DNA of 63,877 nucleotides, counting the filler, from Limisphaerales bacterium (lineage in GTDB: Bacteria > Verrucomicrobiota > Verrucomicrobiia > Limisphaerales > SIBE01): NCBI GenBank assembly GCA_044225505.1. It is 3 parts of 3 records of this genome, joined end to end, with 100 filler letters (N's around TTAATTAATTAA, not from the genome) between each part and the next. Parts side by side here need not be neighbours in the genome. Positions count along the whole stretch, not along the records: positions 25,186 to 50,341 come from JBGAIN010000123.1; 2 more parts are not named here. One strand, given 5' to 3'. Each line of letters starts with the position of its first letter. Position 1 is the first letter of the stretch. The position numbers were made by a program, and so were the translations under genes. This document shows positions 30,734 through 40,944 of this stretch, piece after piece. The notes beneath the pieces were generated by a model. The model saw only the letters and a list, made by a program, of their open reading frames with translations. It was not told the origin of the DNA and did no database searches.

Positions 30734-32188
30734 ATGGCTTATCATTCAAAACCTCGCCTGGAAGATATCTTTTTGACCCGTCGCCAGTTCCTCCAACGGA
30801 GCGGCATGGGGATGGGCTCACTTGGCATCCTATCACTATTGTCACCCTGCCAAACAGCAGCTGGGATCGAACTATCTGCGAATACTTCGCCTCTTGTGCC
30901 CAAAACGCCCCACTTTCCTGCCAAGGCGAAACGAGTGATCCACTTGTTCATGAACGGTGGTCCATCCCACGTGGATACTTTCGATCCAAAGCCAGCACTG
31001 AAACGCTATGCGGGAAAGCCTCTGCCTATCGAAAACCTTCGGACTGAAAGGCGCACCGGCGCCGCTTATCCGTCCCCATTTGAATTCCGTCCTTACGGCC
31101 AAAGCGGGATCGAGGTCAGTGAATTGTTTCCTCACGTCGCCGAATGCATCGACGATATTGTCGTCATCCGATCGATGCACGCCGACGTTCCGAACCATGA
31201 ACCGTCGCTCCTGCTTATGAACTGCGGCGAGGCGCGTTTAGTTCGACCGAGTTTGGGCTCATGGGTGACGTATGGCCTTGGAACTGAGAACCAAAACCTG
31301 CCCGGTTTTATATCCATGTGTCCGGGCGGCTATCCCATCCAGGAATCACAAAACTGGCAGGCCGGCTTCTTGCCCGGAGTGTTTCAAGGAACTTACATGG
31401 ACACTCAGAATGCCAAACTCGAGAAGTTGATCGAAAACATCCGAAGTCGCTGCAGTTCATCGGCACAACAGAGATCCCAGCTGGACCTGTTATACGCCTT
31501 GAACGAGGAGCACCTGCGAGCCCGCCAACAGGACGCGCAATTAGAAGCTAGAATTCAGTCTTTTGAGCTCGCCTATCGCATGCAGATCGACGCGGCTGAT
31601 GCGTTCGACGTGAGCCGCGAGCCCGAGAGTGTACGAAAGCTGTATGGGGAGGGGACCCAAGCCCGCCAAATCCTAATCGCCAGGCGATTGATTGAGCGCG
31701 GCGTCCGTTTTGTTCAAGTCTGGCATGGTGCCGGCCAACCCTGGGATAGCCATGATGATATTGAGGTGAATCACCGCCGCTTGGCTAAAGAATGCGATCA
31801 GGCTATCGGGGCGCTCCTGCGCGACCTAAAGCAACGTGGACTTCTCGAAGAGACATTGGTGATTTGGGGAGGTGAATTCGGCCGTACGCCAACGGTCGAG
31901 CTTCCAACACCTGGCTCAAACGCCGGAAAAATCAATGGCCGAGATCACAACCATTATGGATTCACCATGTGGTTAGCCGGAGGCGGCGTCAAAGGAGGAT
32001 ATGTCCATGGCGCTACCGATGAGTTCGGATTCCAGGCCATGGAAAAAAAAGTTCACGTTCATGACTTGCACGCGACGATCTTGGCATTGCTCGGCTTCGA
32101 TCATGAGCGGTTGACGTTTCGGTTGGCCGGCCGGGATTTTCGTCTAACGGACGTCCATGGACAAGTCGTTCGTCAGTTGATCGCCTGA
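30734..32188 (+). CDS. DUF1501 domain protein (Tat signal)
   Basis: TRRQFL, AKRVIHLFMNGGPSHVDTFDPKP, WDSH, GEFGRTP and GRDH. Confidence 0.92.
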   Translation: MAYHSKPRLEDIFLTRRQFLQRSGMGMGSLGILSLLSPCQTAAGIELSANTSPLVPKTPHFPAKAKRVIHLFMNGGPSHVDTFDPKPALKRYAGKPLPIENLRTERRTGAAYPSPFEFRPYGQSGIEVSELFPHVAECIDDIVVIRSMHADVPNHEPSLLLMNCGEARLVRPSLGSWVTYGLGTENQNLPGFISMCPGGYPIQESQNWQAGFLPGVFQGTYMDTQNAKLEKLIENIRSRCSSSAQQRSQLDLLYALNEEHLRARQQDAQLEARIQSFELAYRMQIDAADAFDVSREPESVRKLYGEGTQARQILIARRLIERGVRFVQVWHGAGQPWDSHDDIEVNHRRLAKECDQAIGALLRDLKQRGLLEETLVIWGGEFGRTPTVELPTPGSNAGKINGRDHNHYGFTMWLAGGGVKGGYVHGATDEFGFQAMEKKVHVHDLHATILALLGFDHERLTFRLAGRDFRLTDVHGQVVRQLIA

Positions 32189-32218
32189 ACGGCACTCACC
32201 GTGCTTCGGCGACCAGCC

Positions 32219-33481
32219 TCAAGCCAGATATGGGATGGTTAATGGGCCTTGGGGCAGCACGGCAACTCGCGCGTCTGGCCCCAGCCTCCGAAGACGCTCT
32301 TCCACCGCCGCCGAAATATCACCGCACGGTGTTAGATGTACGGCCCGGATAGTCTCGTCAGGTAGTGAACTGTGAACCAACACCTCTGCCTTTCGCTGGA
32401 TCAACGCCTGAATCTGAGCTTGCCACTGTTCAGGTCGTGCAAAACCCGGCGTCGCCAAGAGGGCGAGAATTTCTTCCGGACCCGAAGCGCTGCGCAACAG
32501 TTTATCCAACGGGCTATTGGCCGGAACTCCCTCCCGACATTCACATGCTAATATGATCGTTCCTCCCTTGGCCACAATCCGTGCTGCGGCACTCATTCCC
32601 TTAGCGCCCTGGTAAAGATTGAGGTCTAACGGGTATCCACTATTCGTGGTGACAACAATTTCAAATGGGGCTTTTACTTTCTGCATCGCGGACTTGCGCA
32701 CGAACTCGATGCCCACTTTGTGCGCTGCCAACAAGTCACCCGCAAACACGCCTGTAATTTCTCGGCGTTCATTCAGCGCCACGTTCAGGAGGAAGCTTGG
32801 GCCAGCGCGTAGCGCAATATCTCGCATTTCTTCCCAAATCGGATTCCCAATCGTTATCCCAAACGCCGCATTCGCATGCCCGATCATCGGTGCGCCATGA
32901 TTGCTCATGACCGTTCGCAGTCCCGCAACTCCTGGCATAATGCCTTTCGGACCTCCGCTGAATCCGGCAAAGAAATGCGGTTCAATAAATCCGGTTATAA
33001 TCCGAACGTTTGCCTCAACCAAATGACGATTCAGCAGAGCAGGGGTCCCATCTCGCGTCGTTCCCACTTGAACGAGCGCAGATTCATTCTCGGGCTCGTG
33101 GTTCAAGACACGAAAATCTCGGACCACCTCAGGGGTCACGAGCCGCTCCAGTTCAATCCGAGTATTGGGACGGTGCGTTCCTAAACCGTTCAGTAATGTG
33201 ATCTGCTCGCGAGGAATGCCGGTCAAATAGTCGAGCAGCCAGGGAATAATTCTGTGGTTTGGCGTCGCCCTGGTTAAGTCCGTGAAAACAATGCAGACTT
33301 TGTCGTTGGCTTCGATCCGATCACGCAAGCTGGCGCTCTCAATGGGACGTTCCAGAGCTTGAATTACAGCCGCTCGCTCATCCGGCAAGCCCGCTTGATA
33401 GGACGGCTCAATGACCGTAGTTCGTTCCGAGGGCACCTCAATCGGAAGATGTCCCTGGCCGTACGCTAAAGCTACTTTCAT
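32219..33481 (-). CDS. larA: LarA-family nickel-pincer-dependent racemase/epimerase
   Basis: DLTRATP, GLGTHR, IEPHFFAGFSGGPKGIMPGVA and GYPLDLNLYQ..K. Confidence 0.85.
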   Translation of the reverse strand: MKVALAYGQGHLPIEVPSERTTVIEPSYQAGLPDERAAVIQALERPIESASLRDRIEANDKVCIVFTDLTRATPNHRIIPWLLDYLTGIPREQITLLNGLGTHRPNTRIELERLVTPEVVRDFRVLNHEPENESALVQVGTTRDGTPALLNRHLVEANVRIITGFIEPHFFAGFSGGPKGIMPGVAGLRTVMSNHGAPMIGHANAAFGITIGNPIWEEMRDIALRAGPSFLLNVALNERREITGVFAGDLLAAHKVGIEFVRKSAMQKVKAPFEIVVTTNSGYPLDLNLYQGAKGMSAAARIVAKGGTIILACECREGVPANSPLDKLLRSASGPEEILALLATPGFARPEQWQAQIQALIQRKAEVLVHSSLPDETIRAVHLTPCGDISAAVEERLRRLGPDARVAVLPQGPLTIPYLA

Positions 33482-33643
33482 TCTCACAGGTTTCGGGGCC
33501 ACACAATTAGCTAAAACTTCGACACCCGCCAAGGTTGTTTATCGGAATTCGCCCCGGGAGTCACCCTAGCTCGTACATGGAGTTGTCGCAATCTCTCCTT
33601 TATGCTTAATTCGCCTCTGGACGGGGCTTACAAACACCAATAA

Positions 33644-34441
33644 ATGATGAAAAACGCGCTTCAACTCTCTGCCGCAATCGCTCTGACCGGATTAGTCTGC
33701 TTAGTTTTGAACAGCTGCGCCACCGCGCCCGTCACAGGTCGTCGTCAGCTCCAAATCATCCCCGCAGAACAAGAAATGCAACTGGGACTTGCCAGCTTTA
33801 CGCAAATGAAGAAAGACGTCCCAATTAGCAAAGACCCTGCAGCTAACGCACTTCTGCAAAAGGTTGGCCAACGCATCGCCGCTGCCGCCGCTAAAGATCT
33901 CCCAAACGCGCAGTGGGAATTTGTTGTCTTCGAGAGCCAGGAAGCCAACGCATTCTGTCTGCCAGGCGGTAAAATCGGAGTCTATACAGGGATACTCCCG
34001 ATCACGAAAGACGAAGTGGGTTTGGCGACGGTGATCGGACATGAAGTTGCTCACGCTGCTGCCCATCACGGCAGTGAACGGATGAGCCAATCGATGCTCT
34101 TGCAGGCTGGCGAACAAGCCCTGGGCGCGACTTTAACGAATTTCGACCCCAACGTGCAGGCTGCCGTTGGTCTTGCCTATGGCGTTGGCTCCCAAGTCGG
34201 CGTGATTTTACCGTTCAGTCGAAAGGATGAATCAGAAGCCGACCACATCGGACTCGTATACATGGCACGGGCCGGCTACAATCCCGAAGGCGCATTAGAT
34301 TTCTGGCAACGGTTTGCAGCCGCCACCGCCAATCAGAACGGGCCGCCTTCGCTGCTTCGAACCCACCCTTTGACCGAGGATCGTATTGCCGATCTCCGCA
34401 AACTGATGCCACAAGCACGCGCGGAGTACAAAGCTAAATGA
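33644..34441 (+). CDS. M48 family metallopeptidase lipoprotein
   Basis: Lipobox LNSC, TGRRQL, NAFCLPGGK, HEVAH, ESEAD and THP. Confidence 0.92.
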   Translation: MMKNALQLSAAIALTGLVCLVLNSCATAPVTGRRQLQIIPAEQEMQLGLASFTQMKKDVPISKDPAANALLQKVGQRIAAAAAKDLPNAQWEFVVFESQEANAFCLPGGKIGVYTGILPITKDEVGLATVIGHEVAHAAAHHGSERMSQSMLLQAGEQALGATLTNFDPNVQAAVGLAYGVGSQVGVILPFSRKDESEADHIGLVYMARAGYNPEGALDFWQRFAAATANQNGPPSLLRTHPLTEDRIADLRKLMPQARAEYKAK

Positions 34442-34728
34442 CCGAGCCACGTTCTAACTTAGTTAGACGTTTGGTAATTTCAGCGGAGTGAACGCAGTGG
34501 TTTAGCCGCAAGGGCTCGTTAGAAAGAACAGAATCAAATCAGCACCGACCGAGGTCTTCATGGCGAAGACATCTATTCGCACAATATCTGTTATGGACTA
34601 CAACACTGTCGATCTCAAAGCTTCTGTTCGTTCGGCTCCGCCGAAAAGGCTTGAATCCAGGGTTCACTCTAACTACACAGATCCTAATGCCCCCGGCTCG
34701 CTGTCAGATGCTTTGCTCAACTCCGACC

Positions 34729-36144
34729 ATGCAAACTGCCTCGATTCAGTCGATTACTAGTCGTCAACGTCCATTCACCCGACGCCAGTTCATCAAATTT
34801 GGTGCAACTGCCGCGGCATTCACGGCGGCTTCCTGGAACCGGGTGGTCGGTGCTAATGAGCGAGTCGGTATTGGGCTGATCGGTTTCGGGCTGATCGGCC
34901 GGATTCACGCGCGGAATTTCAAGGCGCAATCGGATGCGCAGATTCGAGGAGTAGCGGAGGTCTACAAACCTCGCCTGGAGGCAGGTATGGATTTAGGCGG
35001 TGCGGGATGCCGAGGCTACCAGGACTTCCGGAAGATGCTGGAATCCAAGGAAATCGATGCGGTGGTAGTCGCTACACCCGATCATTGGCATGCTCTCATG
35101 ACCATGCTTGCATGTGATTCGGGGAAAGATGTTTACGTTGAAAAACCGCTAACGTTGTTTGTCAGGGAAGGTCGGTGGATGATTCGAGTTGCGGAGCGAA
35201 CCAAACGAGTGGTTCAAGTGGGCACCCAACAGCGTTCAGGAGCGCACTATCAAAAGGCTAGAGAATTGATTCGCGGCGATAGAATTGGCGAACTCGTATC
35301 TGTACAGTGCAATTACTTCCGCAACGTCTCCCCGGGATTTGGCAATCCGCCGGACGAGACACCTCCAGCGGATCTAGATTATGAGATGTGGCTTGGACCG
35401 GCGCCAAAGCGTCCGTATAACCCAAACCGAGCGATCTATCATTTCCGTTGGTTTTGGGACTATTCCGGAGGGCAAATGACGAATCTCGGAGCGCACTCCC
35501 TAGACACAATCTATTGGATCACCGGCGTTAAAGGACCGACCGCTGTGACGAGCGCGGGCGGCCGATATTTTCTAAAAGACAACTGTGAAGTGCCGGATTT
35601 ACAGGATGTGGTTATCGAATATCCAGGCTTTAACGCCGTCTGTCAATTTCGAGAATGCGCAGCCGGCTTCTCGAGGTCCGGCATGGGTGGAGTCGATTTT
35701 GTGGGTAACAAAGGCAGCATGACGCTAGGCCGCGATGGCTTTGAGATCTCGCCCGATCGAAAAGAGAATCCGACGAACATCGTGGCCAGAATCATTGGCG
35801 GCCATCCCGTCGGTGGCCCGCAACCGATTCCGGAACCCGTCGACCAGCATTGGACAGATTCTGTCAAAGACAGCACTGGCGACTGGAAGGACCAATACGT
35901 GCAGCACACTCGCAATTTCTTGGACTGTATCAAATCCCGCCAAAAACCGAACTCTGACCTGGAAAGTGCGCACCGCGTCGCGACGGTGTGTCATCTTTCA
36001 AATATCTCACTAAAGTCCGGTCGCAAGATTCGGTGGGACGCCGAAGCCGAAGTCATCATTGGAGATCCTGAAGCGAGCGCAATGTTGCAGCGTCCTTATC
36101 GTGACGAGTGGGACCGCGAGTTGAAAGCGTTGCGTGTAGGCTAA
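34729..36144 (+). CDS. Tat-exported Gfo/Idh/MocA oxidoreductase
   Basis: TRRQFI, ATPDHWH, KDVYVEKP and WLGPAP. The start is approximate. Confidence 0.9.
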   Translation: MQTASIQSITSRQRPFTRRQFIKFGATAAAFTAASWNRVVGANERVGIGLIGFGLIGRIHARNFKAQSDAQIRGVAEVYKPRLEAGMDLGGAGCRGYQDFRKMLESKEIDAVVVATPDHWHALMTMLACDSGKDVYVEKPLTLFVREGRWMIRVAERTKRVVQVGTQQRSGAHYQKARELIRGDRIGELVSVQCNYFRNVSPGFGNPPDETPPADLDYEMWLGPAPKRPYNPNRAIYHFRWFWDYSGGQMTNLGAHSLDTIYWITGVKGPTAVTSAGGRYFLKDNCEVPDLQDVVIEYPGFNAVCQFRECAAGFSRSGMGGVDFVGNKGSMTLGRDGFEISPDRKENPTNIVARIIGGHPVGGPQPIPEPVDQHWTDSVKDSTGDWKDQYVQHTRNFLDCIKSRQKPNSDLESAHRVATVCHLSNISLKSGRKIRWDAEAEVIIGDPEASAMLQRPYRDEWDRELKALRVG

Positions 36145-36222
36145 GAACGCGACAGTCGCAACGACGACAACATCTGAAATTGAGAGTTGGACAGATAGTA
36201 AGCGATCGGTAGCTTTCAATGG

Positions 36223-37035
36223 ATGCAATTCGCGATTTGCAACGAGATTTTCCAGGATTGGACGTTGGAAGCCACTTTCGCTTACGCGAAAAAGGTAGGT
36301 TACCATGGAGTGGAAATTGCGCCATTCACACTTTGCAAGCGGGTTACGGATGTGCGCAAGGACGAGCGAACAATCGTCCGGAATCTTGCTCGGGAAGCGG
36401 AAATTCAGATCGCTGGGATTCATTGGGTGTTGGCCAAGACCGAAGGCTTCCATTTGACCCACCCCGATCAGGCCACGCGCGCAAGAACGAGCGAATATCT
36501 AGTGGAACTCGTTCAGTTTTGCGCGGATATCGGCGGCAAGCGCATGATTGTGGGATCTCCCAAACAGCGAGACCTTGTCGATGGGGTTAGCCAAGAACAA
36601 GGCCTAGAATGGGCCGCGGGTGTTTTCCAAGCATCAGCGAAACGAGCCGAGGATACTGGAGTGACCATATGTTTCGAACCCTTAGCGCCGACCGAAACCA
36701 ACTTCGTCAACCGGGCGTCTGAGGCGATCAAGTTTGCGACGGGCTTGGCCTCTCCTAGTTTTAAGATAATTCTTGATGTGAAAGCCATGTCGGCCGAGGG
36801 CAAGTCAATTCCCCAGGTTATTCGTGAGTCATGGCCTCATTTCGCCCATTTTCACGCTAACGATCCCAACTTGAAAGGTCCTGGTTTTGGAGCGACGGAT
36901 TTCAGACCAATTGCCGCAGCGCTAAAAGAGGTTGGTTATCAAGGTTACGTCTCGGTCGAAGTCTTCAATTTCGAGGAAGGGGCAGAGGTTATCGCGTCTC
37001 AGAGTATTCAATACCTACGCGAGGTGTTTTCCTAG
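36223..37035 (+). CDS. Sugar phosphate isomerase/epimerase (D-tagatose 3-epimerase/xylose isomerase-like TIM barrel)
   Basis: EIAPF, FEPL, LDVKAM, HFHAND and SVEVF metal ligands. Confidence 0.88.
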   Translation: MQFAICNEIFQDWTLEATFAYAKKVGYHGVEIAPFTLCKRVTDVRKDERTIVRNLAREAEIQIAGIHWVLAKTEGFHLTHPDQATRARTSEYLVELVQFCADIGGKRMIVGSPKQRDLVDGVSQEQGLEWAAGVFQASAKRAEDTGVTICFEPLAPTETNFVNRASEAIKFATGLASPSFKIILDVKAMSAEGKSIPQVIRESWPHFAHFHANDPNLKGPGFGATDFRPIAAALKEVGYQGYVSVEVFNFEEGAEVIASQSIQYLREVFS

Positions 37036-37061
37036 GTCCTCGTTGGCTTCGTTCTCGTGGC

Positions 37062-39953
37062 TTATCGGACCGTTCGGAATTCGCTGCTCAACAAGAGAGC
37101 AGCGCAGAATTGGTCCCAGGCGCTGGCCGCGCCGCGCTTCTCCGAATTTGACGTGGTCTGCTGGGATTCGGCACTTGAGCTTTGCTGACTTATAAACTGC
37201 GCTGCCCTGCCCTCCTCTGCGGAGGTCGGAGGTCGCCCCATGGACTGACGATAGGCTAACTCAATTCGCCGCTGATTTGTAACGTGGTTCGTCGTGTGAC
37301 GCAACGCATCGCTCCAAAACCAAGCACGCTGTTCGACAAATCGGTTGGCCTGGGATAGTCGGGCAGCGCCGCTGTTGGTCAATGTCAGCTTCGATGACGC
37401 GACAGCGTCACCTAACTGCCGGAATAGCTCTGGGCTCTGGCCACGAAAAGCCGGCAGGTACAGGCTGCGACGTATACTGCTGAGTTGAATCCGACGAGCT
37501 TGTTGCACCGGATCCATGGTGATGGAATTCGTCCCGTTCCACGTGCCTCCAAGACTGAGATCGAGCTCGCCAGTAACGGCGAGCATGAAATCTCTTAGAC
37601 CTGGGAGTTCCATCGTGCGGACGTTCATGCGCCAGAGCCATTTGTTCTCCGGGTCCCGAACGCTTCCCTGCCCGGCAGAAACGCTGTCCATCCCATATGT
37701 TCGGGAGAGCACGATGTCGCGAACCAACTGCTTGGTGGACCATCCGCTCGCGATATAGCGTGTGGCTAGATAATCCAACAAGTCCGGGTGGCTTGGCTTA
37801 GTGCCTAAAACGCCAAATTCATCCTCGGATTCAACCAACCCACGCCCGATTAAATGCTGCCAGATTCGATTAACGGTGACTCTAGCGGTCAACGGATTGT
37901 CGGGCGAAGCCAGCCAATGCGCCAGCTCAAGACGGCCGCTGCTTTCGTCTGTAATCAAATAAAGTGTGGACGATGGAGTTCCCAAAGCGGCAGGAAATGC
38001 GCGCGGCACTTCCTGCTCCGCTCCCTTCCCTGTCGCACCGGACCGAACCCGATCATTCTTGATGTTCCCTTCTTCGACCGCCAGCGCACGAGGCAGGATC
38101 GGCCGCTGATTCCGAAATTCCAGGAGTTCCCGCTCGAGCTGTCGGTAATTCAGCAACGCCGTCTCTTCTGGAGGAGTCTCCTGGAGAGCTTGGGGTCGAT
38201 TCCCTTTTTCATCGATCGGAACGAATCGAACGGCGTCTGCGACGACAAAGCCTTTTGTCCCCAAATTGGAAATGGTCACGGAGCCTCCTTTTCCCGCCTG
38301 GAACCGGAAGGTCCCAACCGAAGCGAAGACTTTATCCGTGGTAGGCACGAGGGTTTGGTCGAGGAGAACTGTTTTTGAACCGTCCGCCGACCGAATTGTC
38401 ACGGGCACGTTGGTCGCTCGATTCACCCGTGGCGTGTAGGAGATGAGAACTTCGTAAGCCCCAGCTGCGGGCAAGTCCGGCACGTAACGTGCCGATTTCT
38501 TTCCCTTATCCGCGTCTCCGTCGTGAAGATAGTTTCGATCAACGAAATTCGTTGAATAGCTGGACTCCTTCCATTGGCCTTGGAGTTCCGCGGCCAGGTT
38601 ATCCACGACAATTCCAGCCAACGCCGTCGAATCGATGTCACCAGGAAAGGCTATTTTCATCTCGCGGGCTTCGCGTAACTTGGCTTTCAGCTCGGTCAGC
38701 CTGCTTTCAAATTCACTCAACGACCTCAGCTCCTCGGGGGTCGCCAGCGACACTTCCAGCCATTGGCGCGCACCACGGCGACCATCCGGCGTCGCAGTAC
38801 TCGCAGTGCTGCTGAAAATGCCTGCCAGGGCGACGTAATCCTGATGTGTGATGGGATCAGATTTGTGATCATGGCACCGGGCGCAAGCCATCGTCATTCC
38901 GAGAAACGTCCGCGAAATGAGCTCAACCTGATCATCGACTAAATCTGCTTCGACCCGTCGAAGATTCGACTCTGCACGGAGCTTCGCGCCAATCGTCAGA
39001 AAACCTGTGGCAACTTTTTGCTCTGGGCGCGGCGCTTCCTCGGATTCTGATAAAAGGTCACCTGCCAATTGTTCACGCACGAATTCGTCGAAAGGTTTAT
39101 CTTCATTAAATGCGTTGACGACATAATCGCGGTAGCGCCAAGCGTTTTCCCGCGGGCCATTCACGTCGGCAGAGTCGAAATCTGCGTATCCAGCCGTTTC
39201 CAGCCAATGTTCGGCCCAGCGTTCGCCGAAATGCTGAGACTTGAGTAACCTATCGACCACAATCGAGTAAGCACTTGGCGATTGGTCGGCCAAGAAAGTG
39301 TCGATATCGGAAATTGTCGGTGGCAGCCCTGTGAGGTCGAAAGTGACCCGACGCAACCAGGTAGTCTTGCTCGCTGGCTGTGCTGGAGCGAGCCCATTGG
39401 ATTCGAGCGTGAAAAGCACGAAGTTATCGAGCGGATCTTGGGGCCACGAATTGAGCTGGACGCGAGGCACGGTTGGCATTCTTAACTTTTGAAACGCCCA
39501 ATGATTCGAGGCCGAAGCTGCGTTCGGTGGCCGAGCGGAGTTCTGTCGTCGCGGATCAGGTGCACCCATGCGTATCCAAACTTCAAAATCGGCAAGAACC
39601 GCTCCGGAAACGGGGCGCTCCCGGGGATTCGCGGAAACTGGATGAGGGCTTCGCAGAAGTTTCAGAACAGAGCTTTCGCTCGGTTGCCCAGGGACGAGGA
39701 TTATTCCGTGATTCCCCCCTTTGCTCAGTCCCTCGGCCGTATCCAACAGCAACCCCCCGTCCGCCTTGCCGGCCGCTTGACTATGACACGCGTAGCAGCG
39801 TTCAACGAGGACCGGGCGTATTCGTCGTTCAAAATGTCGAACTCCCGAAGGCGTGGTAGACACAAGCTCGGCGGCGGAAACCGTCGCGTCCGCCGCCGGT
39901 CCCACAAAGGCCCAGATCCACAAAAGGAACCCAAATAAGAAATGCCGGTTCAC
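37062..39953 (-). CDS. Planctomycete-type cytochrome c + DUF1549 + DUF1553 protein with an inserted CBM-like domain
   Basis: CYACH and CARCHDHK haem motifs, RRVTFDLTGLPP, NPLTARVTVNRIWQH and PSHPDLLD; insert VVDN...NRATNVPV...VVADAVRF. Confidence 0.9.
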   Translation of the reverse strand: MNRHFLFGFLLWIWAFVGPAADATVSAAELVSTTPSGVRHFERRIRPVLVERCYACHSQAAGKADGGLLLDTAEGLSKGGNHGIILVPGQPSESSVLKLLRSPHPVSANPRERPVSGAVLADFEVWIRMGAPDPRRQNSARPPNAASASNHWAFQKLRMPTVPRVQLNSWPQDPLDNFVLFTLESNGLAPAQPASKTTWLRRVTFDLTGLPPTISDIDTFLADQSPSAYSIVVDRLLKSQHFGERWAEHWLETAGYADFDSADVNGPRENAWRYRDYVVNAFNEDKPFDEFVREQLAGDLLSESEEAPRPEQKVATGFLTIGAKLRAESNLRRVEADLVDDQVELISRTFLGMTMACARCHDHKSDPITHQDYVALAGIFSSTASTATPDGRRGARQWLEVSLATPEELRSLSEFESRLTELKAKLREAREMKIAFPGDIDSTALAGIVVDNLAAELQGQWKESSYSTNFVDRNYLHDGDADKGKKSARYVPDLPAAGAYEVLISYTPRVNRATNVPVTIRSADGSKTVLLDQTLVPTTDKVFASVGTFRFQAGKGGSVTISNLGTKGFVVADAVRFVPIDEKGNRPQALQETPPEETALLNYRQLERELLEFRNQRPILPRALAVEEGNIKNDRVRSGATGKGAEQEVPRAFPAALGTPSSTLYLITDESSGRLELAHWLASPDNPLTARVTVNRIWQHLIGRGLVESEDEFGVLGTKPSHPDLLDYLATRYIASGWSTKQLVRDIVLSRTYGMDSVSAGQGSVRDPENKWLWRMNVRTMELPGLRDFMLAVTGELDLSLGGTWNGTNSITMDPVQQARRIQLSSIRRSLYLPAFRGQSPELFRQLGDAVASSKLTLTNSGAARLSQANRFVEQRAWFWSDALRHTTNHVTNQRRIELAYRQSMGRPPTSAEEGRAAQFISQQSSSAESQQTTSNSEKRGAASAWDQFCAALLLSSEFRTVR

Positions 39954-40032
39954 GCTTCGGTTAGACCAGTGGCGGCGTCAAGTGTTTCAGGACAGGGGTC
40001 GCCGTTGGAACCTGCTTGTACTAGACAACAAC

Positions 40033-40818
40033 CTATTTTGCCGACGAGGCAGGCGGCGAAACCTTCGAATGGTTCCCGTCCAGACGTTGCACGCGGATAT
40101 TCCGATACCTGACGAATTGGTGAGTCGTATCGCCGCCGCCGTGAACTTGGAGGGCGATACCACCTTGGTCTGGATGCCGTTTTTCGGTTTCGGTCCACTC
40201 CATGAATTTGACTCCGTTAATCCAGGTTGTGATTGTCGGCGGGTTATTCACGATGCGTGCTCGCAGTTCGTTCCATTGACCGTGCCGCCAGAACAAAGGC
40301 CATGACTCTACCAACACTGGACACGGAATCGGCGCTGCGTTCGTTTTGATCGCAGTAACCGTGTCGAGGAACGAGAAGTTAGCAACACCCGGCTTACCCC
40401 CAAGTCCTTCGCCATAAATTCCCATGAGGTTTCCACCTTTATGATAATCAATCATGGCTTGCCAGGCTTTCCCGTCCTCGGTGCTCCTGAGAAAGAGTCC
40501 GCTATCCGGCCCGAAATCGTTGTTCATCTCGAGGGCGATCTCAAAATCGCCAAATTGCTCGTCCGTGATGACGATGCCGCCGTTTCCTGGGATATCCTGG
40601 CTACCCGTAATTGCCCCGTCTTCCACGACCCATCGACCACCGGATTGGTGCTTACTTGCGGCGCTATGCCCAGTCTTGCCGCTGATATGCCAGCCTTGGA
40701 GGGTTTTGCCGTCGAAAATGGGGGTAAGGCTGTTTCGTTCCGCCGCCCGGGTCGGTTGGGCGGCAAGCAACGAAAAGATCGACAACCAACAGAGATGGGA
40801 GATTCGATGAATGCGCAT
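40033..40818 (-). CDS. DUF1080 protein
   Basis: Signal peptide, IFDGKTLQGW, DSGLFLR and GIALQVH...YRNIRV. Confidence 0.88.
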   Translation of the reverse strand: MRIHRISHLCWLSIFSLLAAQPTRAAERNSLTPIFDGKTLQGWHISGKTGHSAASKHQSGGRWVVEDGAITGSQDIPGNGGIVITDEQFGDFEIALEMNNDFGPDSGLFLRSTEDGKAWQAMIDYHKGGNLMGIYGEGLGGKPGVANFSFLDTVTAIKTNAAPIPCPVLVESWPLFWRHGQWNELRARIVNNPPTITTWINGVKFMEWTETEKRHPDQGGIALQVHGGGDTTHQFVRYRNIRVQRLDGNHSKVSPPASSAK

Positions 40819-40944
40819 AGTTTTGAGTCGTTCGTAGTCGGAACGTTAGTGGTTAAGCCAACGTATCGAGTTCAAGAGCAAATGTGGAGCGATTTTCACG
40901 ACCTGCGCTTGTCACACTCCAACCCGGATTTGTATGCTGCGCGG

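Noticed and set aside
40441..40944. N-terminal extension of the 934-aa S9 peptidase ORF
   Set aside because: It overlaps the divergent DUF1080 gene; the real start is downstream.
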